Source: the human T2T-CHM13v2.0 reference genome, Homo sapiens
Assembly (NCBI RefSeq): GCF_009914755.1
Contig: NC_060926.1
DNA length: 64,000 nucleotides
Strand: one strand, 5' to 3'
The position numbers were made by a program, and so were the translations under genes. Shown in pieces: positions 1 through 21,800 of this stretch (position 1 is its first letter; every line of letters starts with the position of its first letter). The notes beneath the pieces were generated by a model. That model worked only from the letters and a program-made list of their open reading frames with translations. It ran no database searches and was not told the DNA's origin.

Positions 1-172
<172 letters not shown>

Positions 173-804
173 ATACACAGTGCCACACAACGGAAGGGAG
201 GCATACACCGCTGCTTTGAACCTGCTCCATGTTTGATGGACTCTAGCAGATCTGCCCCTACTCTGCTGTCATTGAATGTGCATTCTCCTTGTTTAGTTCC
301 AAACTGCTCTTCCGCTGATGAAGAGAGGAGAGCCGGGTGTAGGCACAAATACTGATCAGAATCTACCCAGGACCTGCAGTCTCCCTAGTCCCATCTCCCA
401 TTCAGGAGTTGCAAACAGGTACTTTTATCTAGTCAAAGATCTTTACAGAAACTTGAGAGCTGTAACCACATATATTTCCTCAATATTTCTCACCGCAATT
501 GTTAGGTTAGACCCTGACAACTGAGCCACACCACTACTGGGACTGACCCTTGACCCAGAACTCTCCCCAAGGAAAACTTCAATATGAGCTGGATATTCAA
601 TAACATGCAATACTTGTCAATGTTCCTAAGTGCTATAATGCCCCATTCCTAGCAATGAAATACAGATAAAGCAAATAGCATGTTATCCGTTACATCAAGA
701 TGGTGAACACACAGGTATCAATGTACTAGTCTTTCCAGGTTTTCTGTTAAGTATAAAATTTTTTGTAAAAAAATTATCTGACACCAGTGGCATATTTAGT
801 GCTT

Positions 805-810
805 TTTATT
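805..810 (-). terminator. Candidate distal POLR2D poly(A) signal AATAAA
   Basis: tttatt on the + strand in unique AT-rich sequence; T-rich sequence follows on the minus strand near 765-775. Confidence 0.6.
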
Positions 811-912
811 AACAGTATTACTAAGGCAACTCATCGATGCTGAAGTCCCATCCAGTATGCTATTTTTCATGCCTCAGGTCTAATAAATCTTAATAAAACC
901 AGAATGACTAGA

Positions 913-1590
<678 letters not shown>

Positions 1591-1851
1591 CTAAAACTTT
1601 CAGAAAGACTTATCTGGTTAATTTAGCTTTCTGGTGAAGTGAGGGTTTGACAACCTATCTTTTTGTTGTATCAGTATGTTCCCAAATTCTTTCCTGATTT
1701 TACACAGTACAATGAGCCTAACAATGTTTCACAAATTGTGCAAGGTCTCCTAATAGCTATTTTTCAATAGCAATATGCTGTCCAGCCCTGTAAACAATTT
1801 TTGACTGTCTTGCAGAATAGCTGACCAGGCTTTCAACCTACAACAGCATGA

Positions 1852-2191
<340 letters not shown>

Positions 2192-2472
2192 TGAGCTGCT
2201 TTTTAAATCTGCTTTTAATCACCTTGATAAATACCACTGATTAGTGCCTAACTATGTGCCAGAGCATTATATACTTCAGTATTCTCAGGTAGCTCACAGA
2301 ACCCCTGGCACATAGGTGGAAACACCAGTAAAGATGGTAGCACCGTGCTCCTCAGTTGCCATCTAGCACACGCCTGGATCGTCTGGGCTGCCTTCCAAGT
2401 CTCTTCTTCCCATTCCACTGCTTTAGTGCCAATCAGCACATGTAAGTGCCTCTCTCAAGAAATAATTCTGCA

Positions 2473-2912
<440 letters not shown>

Positions 2913-3215
2913 AATTTCATTTATTTTCCAAGTCTGATACTATCAGTTGGTAGGCTAACAAATTCTTGCACTAATTTCTATGAAGCAAGCTGACTTAATC
3001 ATCTATCTATACTAGCTCATCTGCCTGAGATGCTAAGAATAGTGAACATTTACTGGAACATACTATATATCAGACACCTCTAGGCTCTTTGTAATAATTT
3101 CCTGTTCATTCAACCTTCTCAAAATACCCATGGGGCAGATACTATTATCCATATTTCACAATTGAGAACACCAATGAGGCTCAAAGAAGCGAAGTTGCTC
3201 AAGGATAAAAAGATT

Positions 3216-3510
<295 letters not shown>

Positions 3511-3517
3511 AGAATTT

Positions 3518-3523
3518 TTTATT
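3518..3523 (-). terminator. Candidate intermediate POLR2D poly(A) signal AATAAA
   Basis: tttatt on +; followed on the mRNA strand by the U-rich antisense tail of the Alu at 3216-3510. Confidence 0.6.
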
Positions 3524-3895
3524 CTTGCCTTATTTCGTAGCAAACATAAAACCATCCTGATTTTAAAAGCCAACACTGTTCTTTCTCCTTTTTCCTTGGA
3601 TCACAAGTTCATACAGAGTCAAGCAAGTGCCCCAAAGAAAAACCCCAAAATTGAAAACAAGTGTATTCCCTTCAGAAAAATCAAAGCTAGAATGTTTAGC
3701 TATTGAAGTGTTTTCCCCCAGACTGAGATCAAGTGACTTCACTGCAGTGGCTCAAGAGTGGATGACTCCCTCCTTCCAAATAAAGCACTTATTGCTAATT
3801 AGCAGGCCAGAGGCTTAGACTGGATCTCTCATAATTGGAGACTTCAAAGTGTTCAGAACTTCAAGCCTGGCCTATGAAGTAAAAAAAAAAAAAAA

Positions 3896-4345
3896 TTTTT
3901 TTAAGTAGAATTGCAATTTTATTTTTCTCCAGAGAAGTTTTTCTTCAGTCCTTAACAACTCCGCTCCTTATATGGGCTTTGGTGGAGGTCATGGGGCAGC
4001 ACCTGCAGGTCTACGTTGGGGTGGAGGTGTTCGGTCCTTGCCTGCTTCATGAGCTCAATTCCTCACCACTGTGCTGTGAATGGCACAACTCACATGGTAA
4101 TGTAGCTTCACATCCAGCCTGGGAAGTACACAGGCGTCAAGGATGCTCATTTCAGAAACATCGCTGACTGCTGCGGCCTCTACGTTTCAAATGATGAATT
4201 TCTTAGTAGCCTTGTCATTGGGCACACAACAACCACAGTTCATACAGCAAATGGGCTGCAGTGAACAGTGCACACCTGGTTGTGGACCTCTTTGGCACGA
4301 CCATTGCTTCTTCTTTGTTATCTTGGAGGTGCAGGCCCAAGAAAG
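3896..4345 (-). pseudogene. RPS26 processed pseudogene
   Basis: Intronless match to RPS26 mRNA: CCTCCAAG-ATA(ATG mutated, 4321)-ACAAAGAAG; residual frame [42 protein letters not shown] with premature TGA; C-terminal ...CCACCAAAGCCCATA-TAA (3968-3970); 3'UTR with AATAAA and a short A tail; TSD ATGAAGTAAAAA at 3874-3885 and 4346-4357. Confidence 0.93.
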
Positions 4346-4598
4346 ATGAAGTAAAAATCTTAATTTGAGGGTGACTAAATGAATCCTTCAAGACCACTTA
4401 CCCCAAATCCACATTCTGCAAGACAGTTCAAGAAGAAAGGCAAAGTAGCCATCTATCTCAAGGGGCTATGGGCTCCACAATACTTAGCACTTGTCCCCAA
4501 GTGTAAACACTTCCCATGGCGTGCTTCTTCCGTCTCCCAGGTTAGGCACAACGATGCCAAGGTGCTGTCATCGACACTCCCATCCTTTAAGAATTTCA

Positions 4599-4887
4599 GG
4601 CCAGTTGTGGTGGCTCATGCCTGTAATCTCACCAGTTTGGGAGGCCAAGGCAGGGGGATCACTTGAGCCCAGGAGTTTAAGACCAGTCTGGACAGCATAG
4701 TAAAACCCCACCTCTATAAAAAATTTTAAAAATTAGCTGAGAGTTGTGGTGCACACCTGTGGCCCCAGTTATTTGGGAGGCTGAGGCAGCGGGGTCAAGA
4801 CTTCAGTGAGCCATGACTGTACGACTGCACTCCTCCAGCCTGGACAAGAGTTAAGACCCTATCTCCATTTAAAAAAAAAAAAAAAAA
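4599..4887 (+). mobile_element. Alu (J-like)
   Basis: Diverged Alu with poly(A); near-TSD aagaatttca/aagcatttca. Confidence 0.88.
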
Positions 4888-5343
4888 GCATTTCAAACTA
4901 ACAGCGGTTTAATTCTTCCTTTAGTATCTAGGTAAAACTGGTCTTTCTCTATAAAGTCTACTATCTTCTGGTCTAGTTTCAAAAAGTATAAACACCCTGA
5001 AATTAAAACATGAAATATTAAGAAAAAAGATGATGTGGAGGCCAAAAACCAGGAATGAGGTAGTCAACAGTGTGGTTATGTGACCCCTCATCTCACACTT
5101 CGCAGAGGCACGTTCAGGAAGCCACTGGCTGCCACTGCACAAGGCTGCTCCAAGATTCCATGTCACCTGGGCCTGTGAGTTATTTGAAACAGCAACCTAA
5201 CCCCACGCCAAGCTGGGCTGTTTTCTCCAAAGGAATTCTCAACTGTCTTCAACAGAATTTCTGTGCAAGTCAGCCCCAGACAGTGGGAAGGTGGTGTTAT
5301 GCCTGGGGATGTGGTTTCTCCGAGCAGCAGTGATGTTTGGAGA

Positions 5344-5422
5344 TTAATACTGAAAGCTGCGCTTTGTCTGGATATCATCAAGAATCTGCTGCAGCTCCTC
5401 ATCTTCAAACCGTCCCTCCAAG
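5344..5422 (-). CDS. POLR2D: POLR2D coding exon 4 (terminal)
   Basis: Acceptor tcttgtag|C; encodes [26 protein letters not shown] then TAA (5346-5344). Exon sum 73+181+96+79=429 nt = 142 aa + stop. Confidence 0.97.
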
Positions 5423-5644
5423 CTACAAGAAAATGAAAAGAAATGAGTGATTTGGCGACTGGCAATTTCCCCGCACTCTTCTTTGAGGCGTGCTAATCTA
5501 CTGCCCACATCTCTAACACCTTTACCTTTCATCTGGATTTCTTTTCCACTTTTCCTGATAAAACATTACAAAATATTTCAAACATATAAAAGATAAAAGG
5601 TATAAAAAATATACCTTTACAGTTAGCCCCACTTGACTTAGAGG

Positions 5645-6577
<933 letters not shown>

Positions 6578-6619
6578 CAGAGTTCTTTAATAAGCAGGAA
6601 AAGTGGATGGCTGTGTATA

Positions 6620-7712
<1,093 letters not shown>

Positions 7713-7789
7713 TCAATATTGGCAATTATGTACCCAAATATATAACGCATACACATTTTAGACACACCAATTCTATTTGTAGGAATTTA

Positions 7790-7990
<201 letters not shown>

Positions 7991-8041
7991 TCAACAGGAA
8001 AAAAGGGATCAAACGTAGCTAGTATTTAAAAATAGCTAGAC

Positions 8042-10047
<2,006 letters not shown>

Positions 10048-10160
10048 TAACATTATTTTACTTAAATTCACAAGTGACACCTGGGAAAGGGGGAGGGGAC
10101 AGCATTCTACATGCAGTTGTCCAATGGTTTGGATTAATAAAAACTTTCTTTTAGCACTCA

Positions 10161-10382
<222 letters not shown>

Positions 10383-10469
10383 TCAAAAGTTTGCTTCTAA
10401 ATGTTCACTGTGCATTTGAACATTTCTCTGCCCCTGCAGAAATCGAGGGGTTTCCTACTCCACATCTGC

Positions 10470-11002
10470 TTTTTTTTGAACTTTTATTTTAGGTTCAGAG
10501 TGCATGTGCAGGTCTGTACTACAGGGAAAATGGGTGTTGTGAAGGTTTGGCGAACAGACTATTTTGTCATCCAAGTGATAAGCATAGTACTGATACATAG
10601 TTTTTCAATCTGCACCACCCACCCCCTCAACTAGGCCTCAGTGTCTGTTGTTCCCTTCTGTCCATATGTACTCAAGGTTTAACTCCCACTTATAAGAATG
10701 TGAGGTGCTTGGTCTTTTGTTCCTGTGTTAATTGCTTAAGTGAATGGCCTCCAGCTCCATCCATGTTGCTGCAAAAGATATGATTTCGTTCTTTTATTTT
10801 TTTTTTTGAGACAGAGTCTCAATCTGTCACCCAGGCTGGAGTGTAGTGGCATGAATACAATTCACTGCAGCCTTGACCTCCCTGAGCTCAGGTGATGCCC
10901 CATCCCCATCTCGGCCTCCCAGGTAGCTGGACTGCAGGCACACGCCACCACACCCTGTGTGTTGTTGGTAGAGATGGGGGTTTCACCACACTGCCCAGGC
11001 TG
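10470..11002 (-). mobile_element. L1PA-type 3' end (~10470-10795) followed by a minus Alu fragment
   Basis: ttttattttaggttcagagtgcatgtgcagg...ggcctccagctccatccatgttgctgcaaaaga is a reverse L1PA 3'UTR. Confidence 0.8.
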
Positions 11003-12351
11003 GGATCTCCTTCCTTTTTATGCCTGCAGCTACTCCACATCTTTAAGTTCACCCACAGTTACATACCACAAGGCACAGTTACATACCACAAGGCACAGTG
11101 GAGTTCACGAGACACTAACATTTAGCTTGTCTGAGCTAGATTCTGACACCAAAAACCTGACCTAGACATGCTACTAAGTAATGACACATAGACTAGTTAC
11201 TGATTTCAAGAGTACACTGACAATTCCTTCCCTCTAGCCGGCATCAGCTCATCATCTTCCTACTTCCATAATGCTAGTATTATACTCTCAATTTTAAGAA
11301 TTGTTACATGTTAAATAGGGCCAAGTGTCTGGAAATAAATATAATGTACCCCAAAATCTATTTTTGTGCACACACAAATGTTATAAGCAATTTTTAAGAA
11401 TTAGGTTTGAGAGAAAAAGAAACCCATGGCCCCTTTTCATAATATACGGCGACCTTCTACATTTCTACAATAGTTCTGTTAAAAAATGCTGTTACCCTTG
11501 GGAAAATCATTCTCTCCCTTACGTTCCTGCAGGATCTTATGTTCCTAATGTTTATCTCAAAGTATTAGAGATAGTTTTTATCTGCCTTTCTCTTAACAGT
11601 GAGTTCCCTTAGAGTAGGAACCATTCATAAACATGAATTCATGTTTATAACCCCACACTGAAGAGGAAGCAACAGTGAGGAAAAGCCAAAACGACTTGCA
11701 ATTTCACATTTAGATGTGCTATGGGTCTGTTTACTATCAGGGAAATCACTAACACCTCCCTCAGAGTAATGCCTTCCCATTTCTCAAGCCAGGTAACTGA
11801 CAAGAGCTTCATTTTCCTTTTACAACACAGATAGTTTTAAGTGGTGGGTCAGGAGGAAACTGTATTTTTATTTGAAAGGTACTCATTGCTACTAAATAGA
11901 ATAGGCTGCCAATACAGTTGGAGCACTATTGAAATAAAATTAAAATATAAATTAAAAAATAGGTAACCAAAAACTGTTTTCTACCTGAGGGCAGGAGAGT
12001 TTAAACGAAAACCTCAGAACACCTTCTTTTTCAGTCTTCTAGCCTATAACAGGGGATTTACTACAGTGAGAGCCTATTTGTATACCAGGAAAGTTACCTC
12101 TTTTAATCCTTAACACTGAGGCAGTGTAGGTACAGAAGAAACTACTGCCTCACAGCAATGAGTAGAGGAAAAGGCATTATGTATCAGGACTGCAGAACCT
12201 CCAAACTCTGAAGTGACAGTAACAAATGACATCAGGCCAAAAAAAAAAAAAAAAAAAAGGGAAGCAGCAGCTAATCAGTTACAAATCTGTTTGTTGGAAC
12301 TTTGATGCTTTTACAGGTCCTGGAAAAATCAATGTTAAGAGATGCCTCCCA

Positions 12352-12676
<325 letters not shown>

Positions 12677-13236
12677 CTAAACCAAATTACTTGTTAAATG
12701 GAAAGGAATGGAACTTTTAGGACACCAGGAAACTGGTCAACTGTCCCTATTTCTCATTAAGAACAATACCCAAGTACTACTAATACATTACCCTCACTCC
12801 CTTCAACCAAGGAAGGTCGAGGCAGCCAAACTGTAACTCAGAGTGCCTAGGAAAGTGGTGTCTGAGACCTACCACAGAGCTTTTGGGAGGCATTCCCAGG
12901 ATTCAGCATCAACAAAATGGGGATGGGGGAGGCAGTTCAGACACTTTTGTGTAACTATGGAGAGGAGGGATCCAAGACTTCTCCCCATGGCTAATCCCAA
13001 GGAACATTTTCAAGTGAAGGCGCGCACACGCGCGCACATACACACACACACACACACACAATTTATTTAGAAACAAAAGGAAATAGATCAGGGGATCTGC
13101 CTGTTATTTTCTCTTGTGCAAATATTTTAAGAACAATGGCCATAATTAATCTCTGTTGCTAAAAAAGGAAAAACAACTCCTTGGCTGTATGTCATCTGGA
13201 AATTTTACCGAGGATACGTCATTACGACCATTAATA

Positions 13237-14600
<1,364 letters not shown>

Positions 14601-15022
14601 AGTGTAAGACAGCTGTATACATTTTCAAGTTTTTGAGCTGAAGACCTCATCCCTAGGAATACCCTCCCCAACCACTTAAAGTGCGTGCGTGAGAAAACTC
14701 AAGGCTGCCAAAATAATTTGTTCCAGCCAACAGCTGAAGATAGGACTCTGTCTCTCTGCCTCTGTGGGAGGGTAGGGGCCTAACTTCGACAGGTGCGCCA
14801 GTCAACAAACCAAGCTGCGTTCACACGGACCAATCCTCCTCTTCCCGCTTTTTTACATTTCTCACTTCCCCGACTCCCCCGAGCTCCCGCTCACCACATC
14901 CTTATTCCCTAATTCTCCGTTAAAACGCCCAGAGGTTCTGTACTAATCGAAGTTGAGTTCGGTTCACGCTGGGCTCTTTTCCCTAGTGCAACAGTATATT
15001 ACTGTTTAAAAATCTGTCCTTA

Positions 15023-15709
<687 letters not shown>

Positions 15710-15833
15710 TTAAACTTCTAAAATTTTATTGATTTGTGGTGGATTATCTGATACTTCTGAGTACGCGGACAATGATATTCAGAGGCTTTTACCACACGTC
15801 TGTTGGAACATTTGGGTGATGCGTAGAAAATTA

Positions 15834-16885
<1,052 letters not shown>

Positions 16886-18884
16886 AAAAAGACTTAAAAA
16901 ATTAAAAAGTAAAAATTTTAAAACTAAAGAAAAAGAAAACCTTTAGAAGGCAGTCCTGGGAATCCTGTCTGGCCTGTGCAGCCTGATCTCCTGCGAGGGC
17001 TCGTCCACAGCGTCTTGCTGTCTTGCAGTGCCGGCAATGTGGTCTCCCACCACCTGAGAAGTTCCCTCCTCCAGGGCATGCTCTTTGCTTCAGCACTGCT
17101 TCTCTAAGGAACCTGCCCAGACCTGAAGGGCTGGCCACGCCCCCTTTCACGTGCTCAGAGAAGCTGAAGGTTCCGGAGGGTTTGATGCTTGCCGGTGTTC
17201 CCTTGTACACCCAGCACTGAGTGACAGGCCAGATAACCACAGCTGCCCAGCCACTGCACCATGTGCTGGGGTCTGGGCAAAACATTTACTATTTTTACTT
17301 TTTACCTATGACTTCTCTAAGGTCAGGTTACTTTGGAGATTCACAGTCCTGTCACAAAGTAGGAAATGCCTTATAAATGGCAGGACCAAGATTTGCGCTT
17401 AGGCCTGTGGGACTGCCAGCCAGAAAAGATTCTAGCTGTCACCCGCCCTGGGTTATTTCTTTGGTTGGGAGCCACGATGTGATCACAGAATAGCCATACT
17501 GGGGGAGGGGGTCTGATTGGCAGCAGGAACTTGAGGGACTGATGGTGAACTGGAGACCTCTCTTTTCTGTTTTCCAATAGTTTCGAAATTGCAGTCCTCC
17601 CCCCACCAATTTTCCAGGGCATACAGAATCTGTGTGAGTAGAAATAATGCATAAGCGGCAGGAAGAGGCCCTTGAATCCTTGTCTGAGCTTGATTTTAAT
17701 GAGGAAAACAGACACAGAAGGGACAGGACTTGCATTACATTCCTCAGGCTGCTACTCTGATTCTTGTACAGCATTGGTTCAGTCAAGCCATTCAACCAGC
17801 CCACTTAGTATTTCAGTCAGATTATTCAAGCCAAGGTTACAGACCTAGATTGATCTAAAAGCAGCTGTAGAGCACCTCCCCCACCCCCACTCCCACAATT
17901 AGCACCACTGACCTCTGATCAGATGGTTTATTTCACACTCCAGAAGTCAACAGTGATGGCTAAAATTACAAATGTTGTTTTATCACCAATCACACTCTCC
18001 CCCAAAATCAGTCATAGGCAACTCTACGCTGTTTAATTACAGGTACTATGGAATGTAATCTCTAGAACATTAATTTCTCTTGAAGAAACGAATTCCTCTT
18101 CACACACATCAGTTATTAACAAAGCCTGTAAACGTCTAACCAGCTGCTGGTAGTCAGTTTTCAAAATTACCTAACCCTGATAGCACGTTTTTATCTGTAG
18201 CCATGTGTTTTTGAGCTTTGCTAAGCGCTAAGGGCCTCAGAATTGAGTACCTTAAAAAAAAATTCTACCTCCCTGCAAATAGTGTGTCAACTGCTGATCT
18301 TTGGGTGGGTTGGGTTAGTGGGCTGGAGCCAGGGAGGGACAAGCAGACCCCAGGGTGCTGCCCAGATGGAATACTGAATTATTTTTGCCAAGTTAAAAAA
18401 AAAAAAAAGCGTAAACTGAAGATGTCCTTTCCTCCAAACACATCTCATCTTTTCTGGGCCATCCAAAAACAAAACTTCACTGGTTAGGTCAGACTGCACC
18501 AGTATGTCCCAGGGTCTTTGCTTGAATTAATTAACATCACCAAATTATATTAAATTTTAGTGTTTTTTTCCTCTCCAAGAGATTTTGGCTTTTTTTGGTA
18601 AGGTCAGTCTCATTTGAAAATCTAACAAAAACAACGAACCTGTCTGGAAAAACCCAAATCTTAAAGGGCTAATGAATGATTGCTCATGGAACTTGGCTCT
18701 AAAACACCAGTGACATTGCCACCAACCATAAAAATATACACAAGGGTGGGGTCACGAGCACCACACAAAATATCCAAGCTGACCGAATACTATCTTGTTG
18801 CCTGTCTTCAAAAATAAAACAACTGTTATCACCATTCCATATAAATCAAGTCACATGGTTAAAAAAGAAAAAGCAGAACAAAAC

Positions 18885-21800
18885 GATTTTTATCCATTAT
18901 GATTTATTCTCTACAATACTTCGTTAAAGTGTTCAATGATTTGCACTCAGAAGTTATATAGCCAAGAGGCAACCAAGTGTAATACAAAGAATTGGTCTGA
19001 AGTCTTTGCACTGAAGGCCATATAGTCTCTTGCTTCAGGGAAGTAAGAACGAAATGAACAAAAAGAACACATAGCTCCCTAGGCTCCAGAATCTCAATAG
19101 AAAATAACGTCAACAGTTAGTGAAATTGTAGATGTCAACACATCATGGAAAACAGATCTTGTGCAAAATATTAACACCCAGGACTTCTTTTGTATAGATG
19201 ATTTTTATTATAAACAATAAAATATATGTAATGTCTCAACTACAAACCTTTCATGTTGAAAGGGTCTCTAACATGAGTTGTTTTATTATTATGAAGCAAA
19301 AAAGTTTTAAGAATCTCACAGTGGAAATAATCCAACACCGACAGACTCTAGTGATCAAAGACATTCTCTTTTAATGTAAAACAAGGACAATTCATAATTA
19401 CAGAGAGAATGTCCTAGCTGTGGGTATTATGAGACAAGCCAACTTTCCAGACCAAAAGGCACTCACAGCTAGGGATGAAACGAACTCCGAACCAAGCCAG
19501 AGAAATTGGGCTGGTCCTTGAAAACAGTGGTTACCTACTGTCCAGCTCGAGCAGCCCAAGGACAAAGGAAACACTCAGCAGAAAACATTCCCTTTTCTTT
19601 AAACCTACCACGCACACCGCAGGTACTGGCCGCCCTCATCACTGCTTTGGTCAAGCGTGCAGAGAAGGCAGTTCAGTTCCAGTTCGGAGCTATCCTCTCC
19701 CTATGCAAAGCTGCCACATGGATGATCCAGACTTGGTATTTTTCCTGAGAGCCACCTGCTACACACTTTCATGAGGCGACCGTGACCGTACACTTCTAGA
19801 CCGCTTCCTGACTAGGCCCCGTTCAGGACGGATACTGACAATGCCCATTCCTCACGGGGCCAAATGGTTTCCCTTGGTCGACTCCTGAGTCCCCTGACAA
19901 AGCAAGAGGAACCCAAGCATTTCCATTGCTGGACTTGTGTGGGAGCATGAGGGAATGTGCAGGGAGTAAGGCTTCTTCACTCCAAAAACCACTGAGCCCA
20001 CTTCAGTGTGGTGCTGGGCCTAACCAGCCCAATTCTTGTGCACTGATTTTTTTTCCCCCATTTCTCGGGTTTTAAAATTTTCTATTCATTTTCTTAAATG
20101 GCAGGTATCGTACCCCCCCTCGATAAAATAAAATAAAATAAAATAAAATAATAAAATAAAATAACATACCATACATTGGAGAAGACAAATAGGGCAACAT
20201 TTCTACAAGAAAAAATCGGCTTGAGGAGCATGGCACTGTAAATGCTTGCATGACCAGTCTCACTGAGCGTGCTCAGGGGTGAAGGTTTAGCACCAATTTT
20301 TTTGCTTTTTTTAATCTTTAGAAATTAAACACAACTCTTAACATAGAACACTTGAACAGTAATGAGTGTAGCCCTATGTATCAATACTGTTGTACAAATT
20401 GGAGGTGGGTGGCTTAGTCCAGAGCTGACCACCCTGACATCGATCCATGGCACCTAAGAGTAACCGTTGCCACGTTTTTAACAAGACATTTATTCTCAGC
20501 AGCAGGAAATCACGAAACGACCCCTCCATCTTCATTTACATTGCCAAGGGAAACGTAGCAGGCTGCAGGAACCCAGCACAGCAGTGAAGGGCCGCAGCCT
20601 AGGCACCGTCACCCACGTTTCCCTCGCACGTCCCAGGTCCTCTCGAGCAGCACAGGACGGTGTGGAGCAAACCCACTCACCCTTGCCCATCCCTTCCCAC
20701 AAACTTGCCAGCGATGCCTAGAACAGCACAGGTGTCCTTTCTCAGATTGTGCCCCCACTCCCCTTCCCCATTCCTGACAGAAGAAAATGCAAAAGATCTT
20801 CTGAATATTTGCCCATTTCGGAAAGCCACACCATCACCACATAAACTTCAAAAAATAAATTAAATAAAAACATGTTCACTGGGTTGACACCCAATCCACT
20901 TCATGAGTTCTCTAAGCATGTTGTTGAAAACCAGTGTCACATCCTTAGGATCCTTCTTCCAACTGGCCACTCTCCCTGTGAATCATTTTAGCAGTGCCTT
21001 TGTAACAATATTTTCAAAGCATCTTCCAAGTCCCCTAGTTCTATGAACTTTGCCACCAAATGAGTGAAGAATAGGCAAGGAGAGAGGAAAAAATTGCTGA
21101 CAGCGATTTGGAAATCAGCAACAATGGGAAAGGGAAATATGTCACATGAAAGTTTGAAAGACCTAGAATAAAATGAGCTATTTGGAAATTTGCCCTGGTG
21201 GGGTGAAGATTCCCAGCATGTCAGGCAAGATAAAGGTCCACCTTGTGTAATTACACAACTGTTTCCTAATGTCCTGTAAAGGACAGAAACACCAACAGTC
21301 TTCCCACCTCTACAGGCAAACTAGAAAAAGGAGCTCCCCTGCTTACAGGCCCCTCAGGATGTCACCTGAAAAGAAAACCAGCTTACAGACCCTGGATTCT
21401 CTCCTATGATGTGTCCTCCTAAAGCCCAACTCAATCGCTTGTTTGCACATCTACGCTTCTGAGAACTTAGGTCCAGCTATAGGCACTGCTACCAGCAGAG
21501 GAGTGAGGTAGCCAGGCGGTGCAGAAGAGGTCTCTCCTCTCACACCTGCGTGCAGTGATGACATCAGGACCTCCTGTGGGCATCTCCATTCCATTCCATT
21601 CCTCAGCAGGCTACATGACGGAGCTCTGTTCAGTAATCAGGAGACTCAATGCAGGAAGAGTGCCAGAAAATCCAACTGAGAGTGGGATGAGGATGAAAAT
21701 CTTCACGGCCTACTGAGCAATGAGATCTGCAACGCCACCCAAAGGGCTTCCGATCTTGATGTGGGTCTCTGTCCAGGAGCCTCAAAGGACTCGTGGTGCC

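Noticed and set aside
3968-4321. Functional RPS26 paralogue or 3'UTR-encoded protein
   Set aside because: Start codon mutated to ATA, with indels and an in-frame TGA.
5344-5532. 62-aa ORF extending POLR2D exon 4 upstream
   Set aside because: The upstream part is the intron 3 branch point and polypyrimidine tract; the acceptor at 5423 explains the coding portion.
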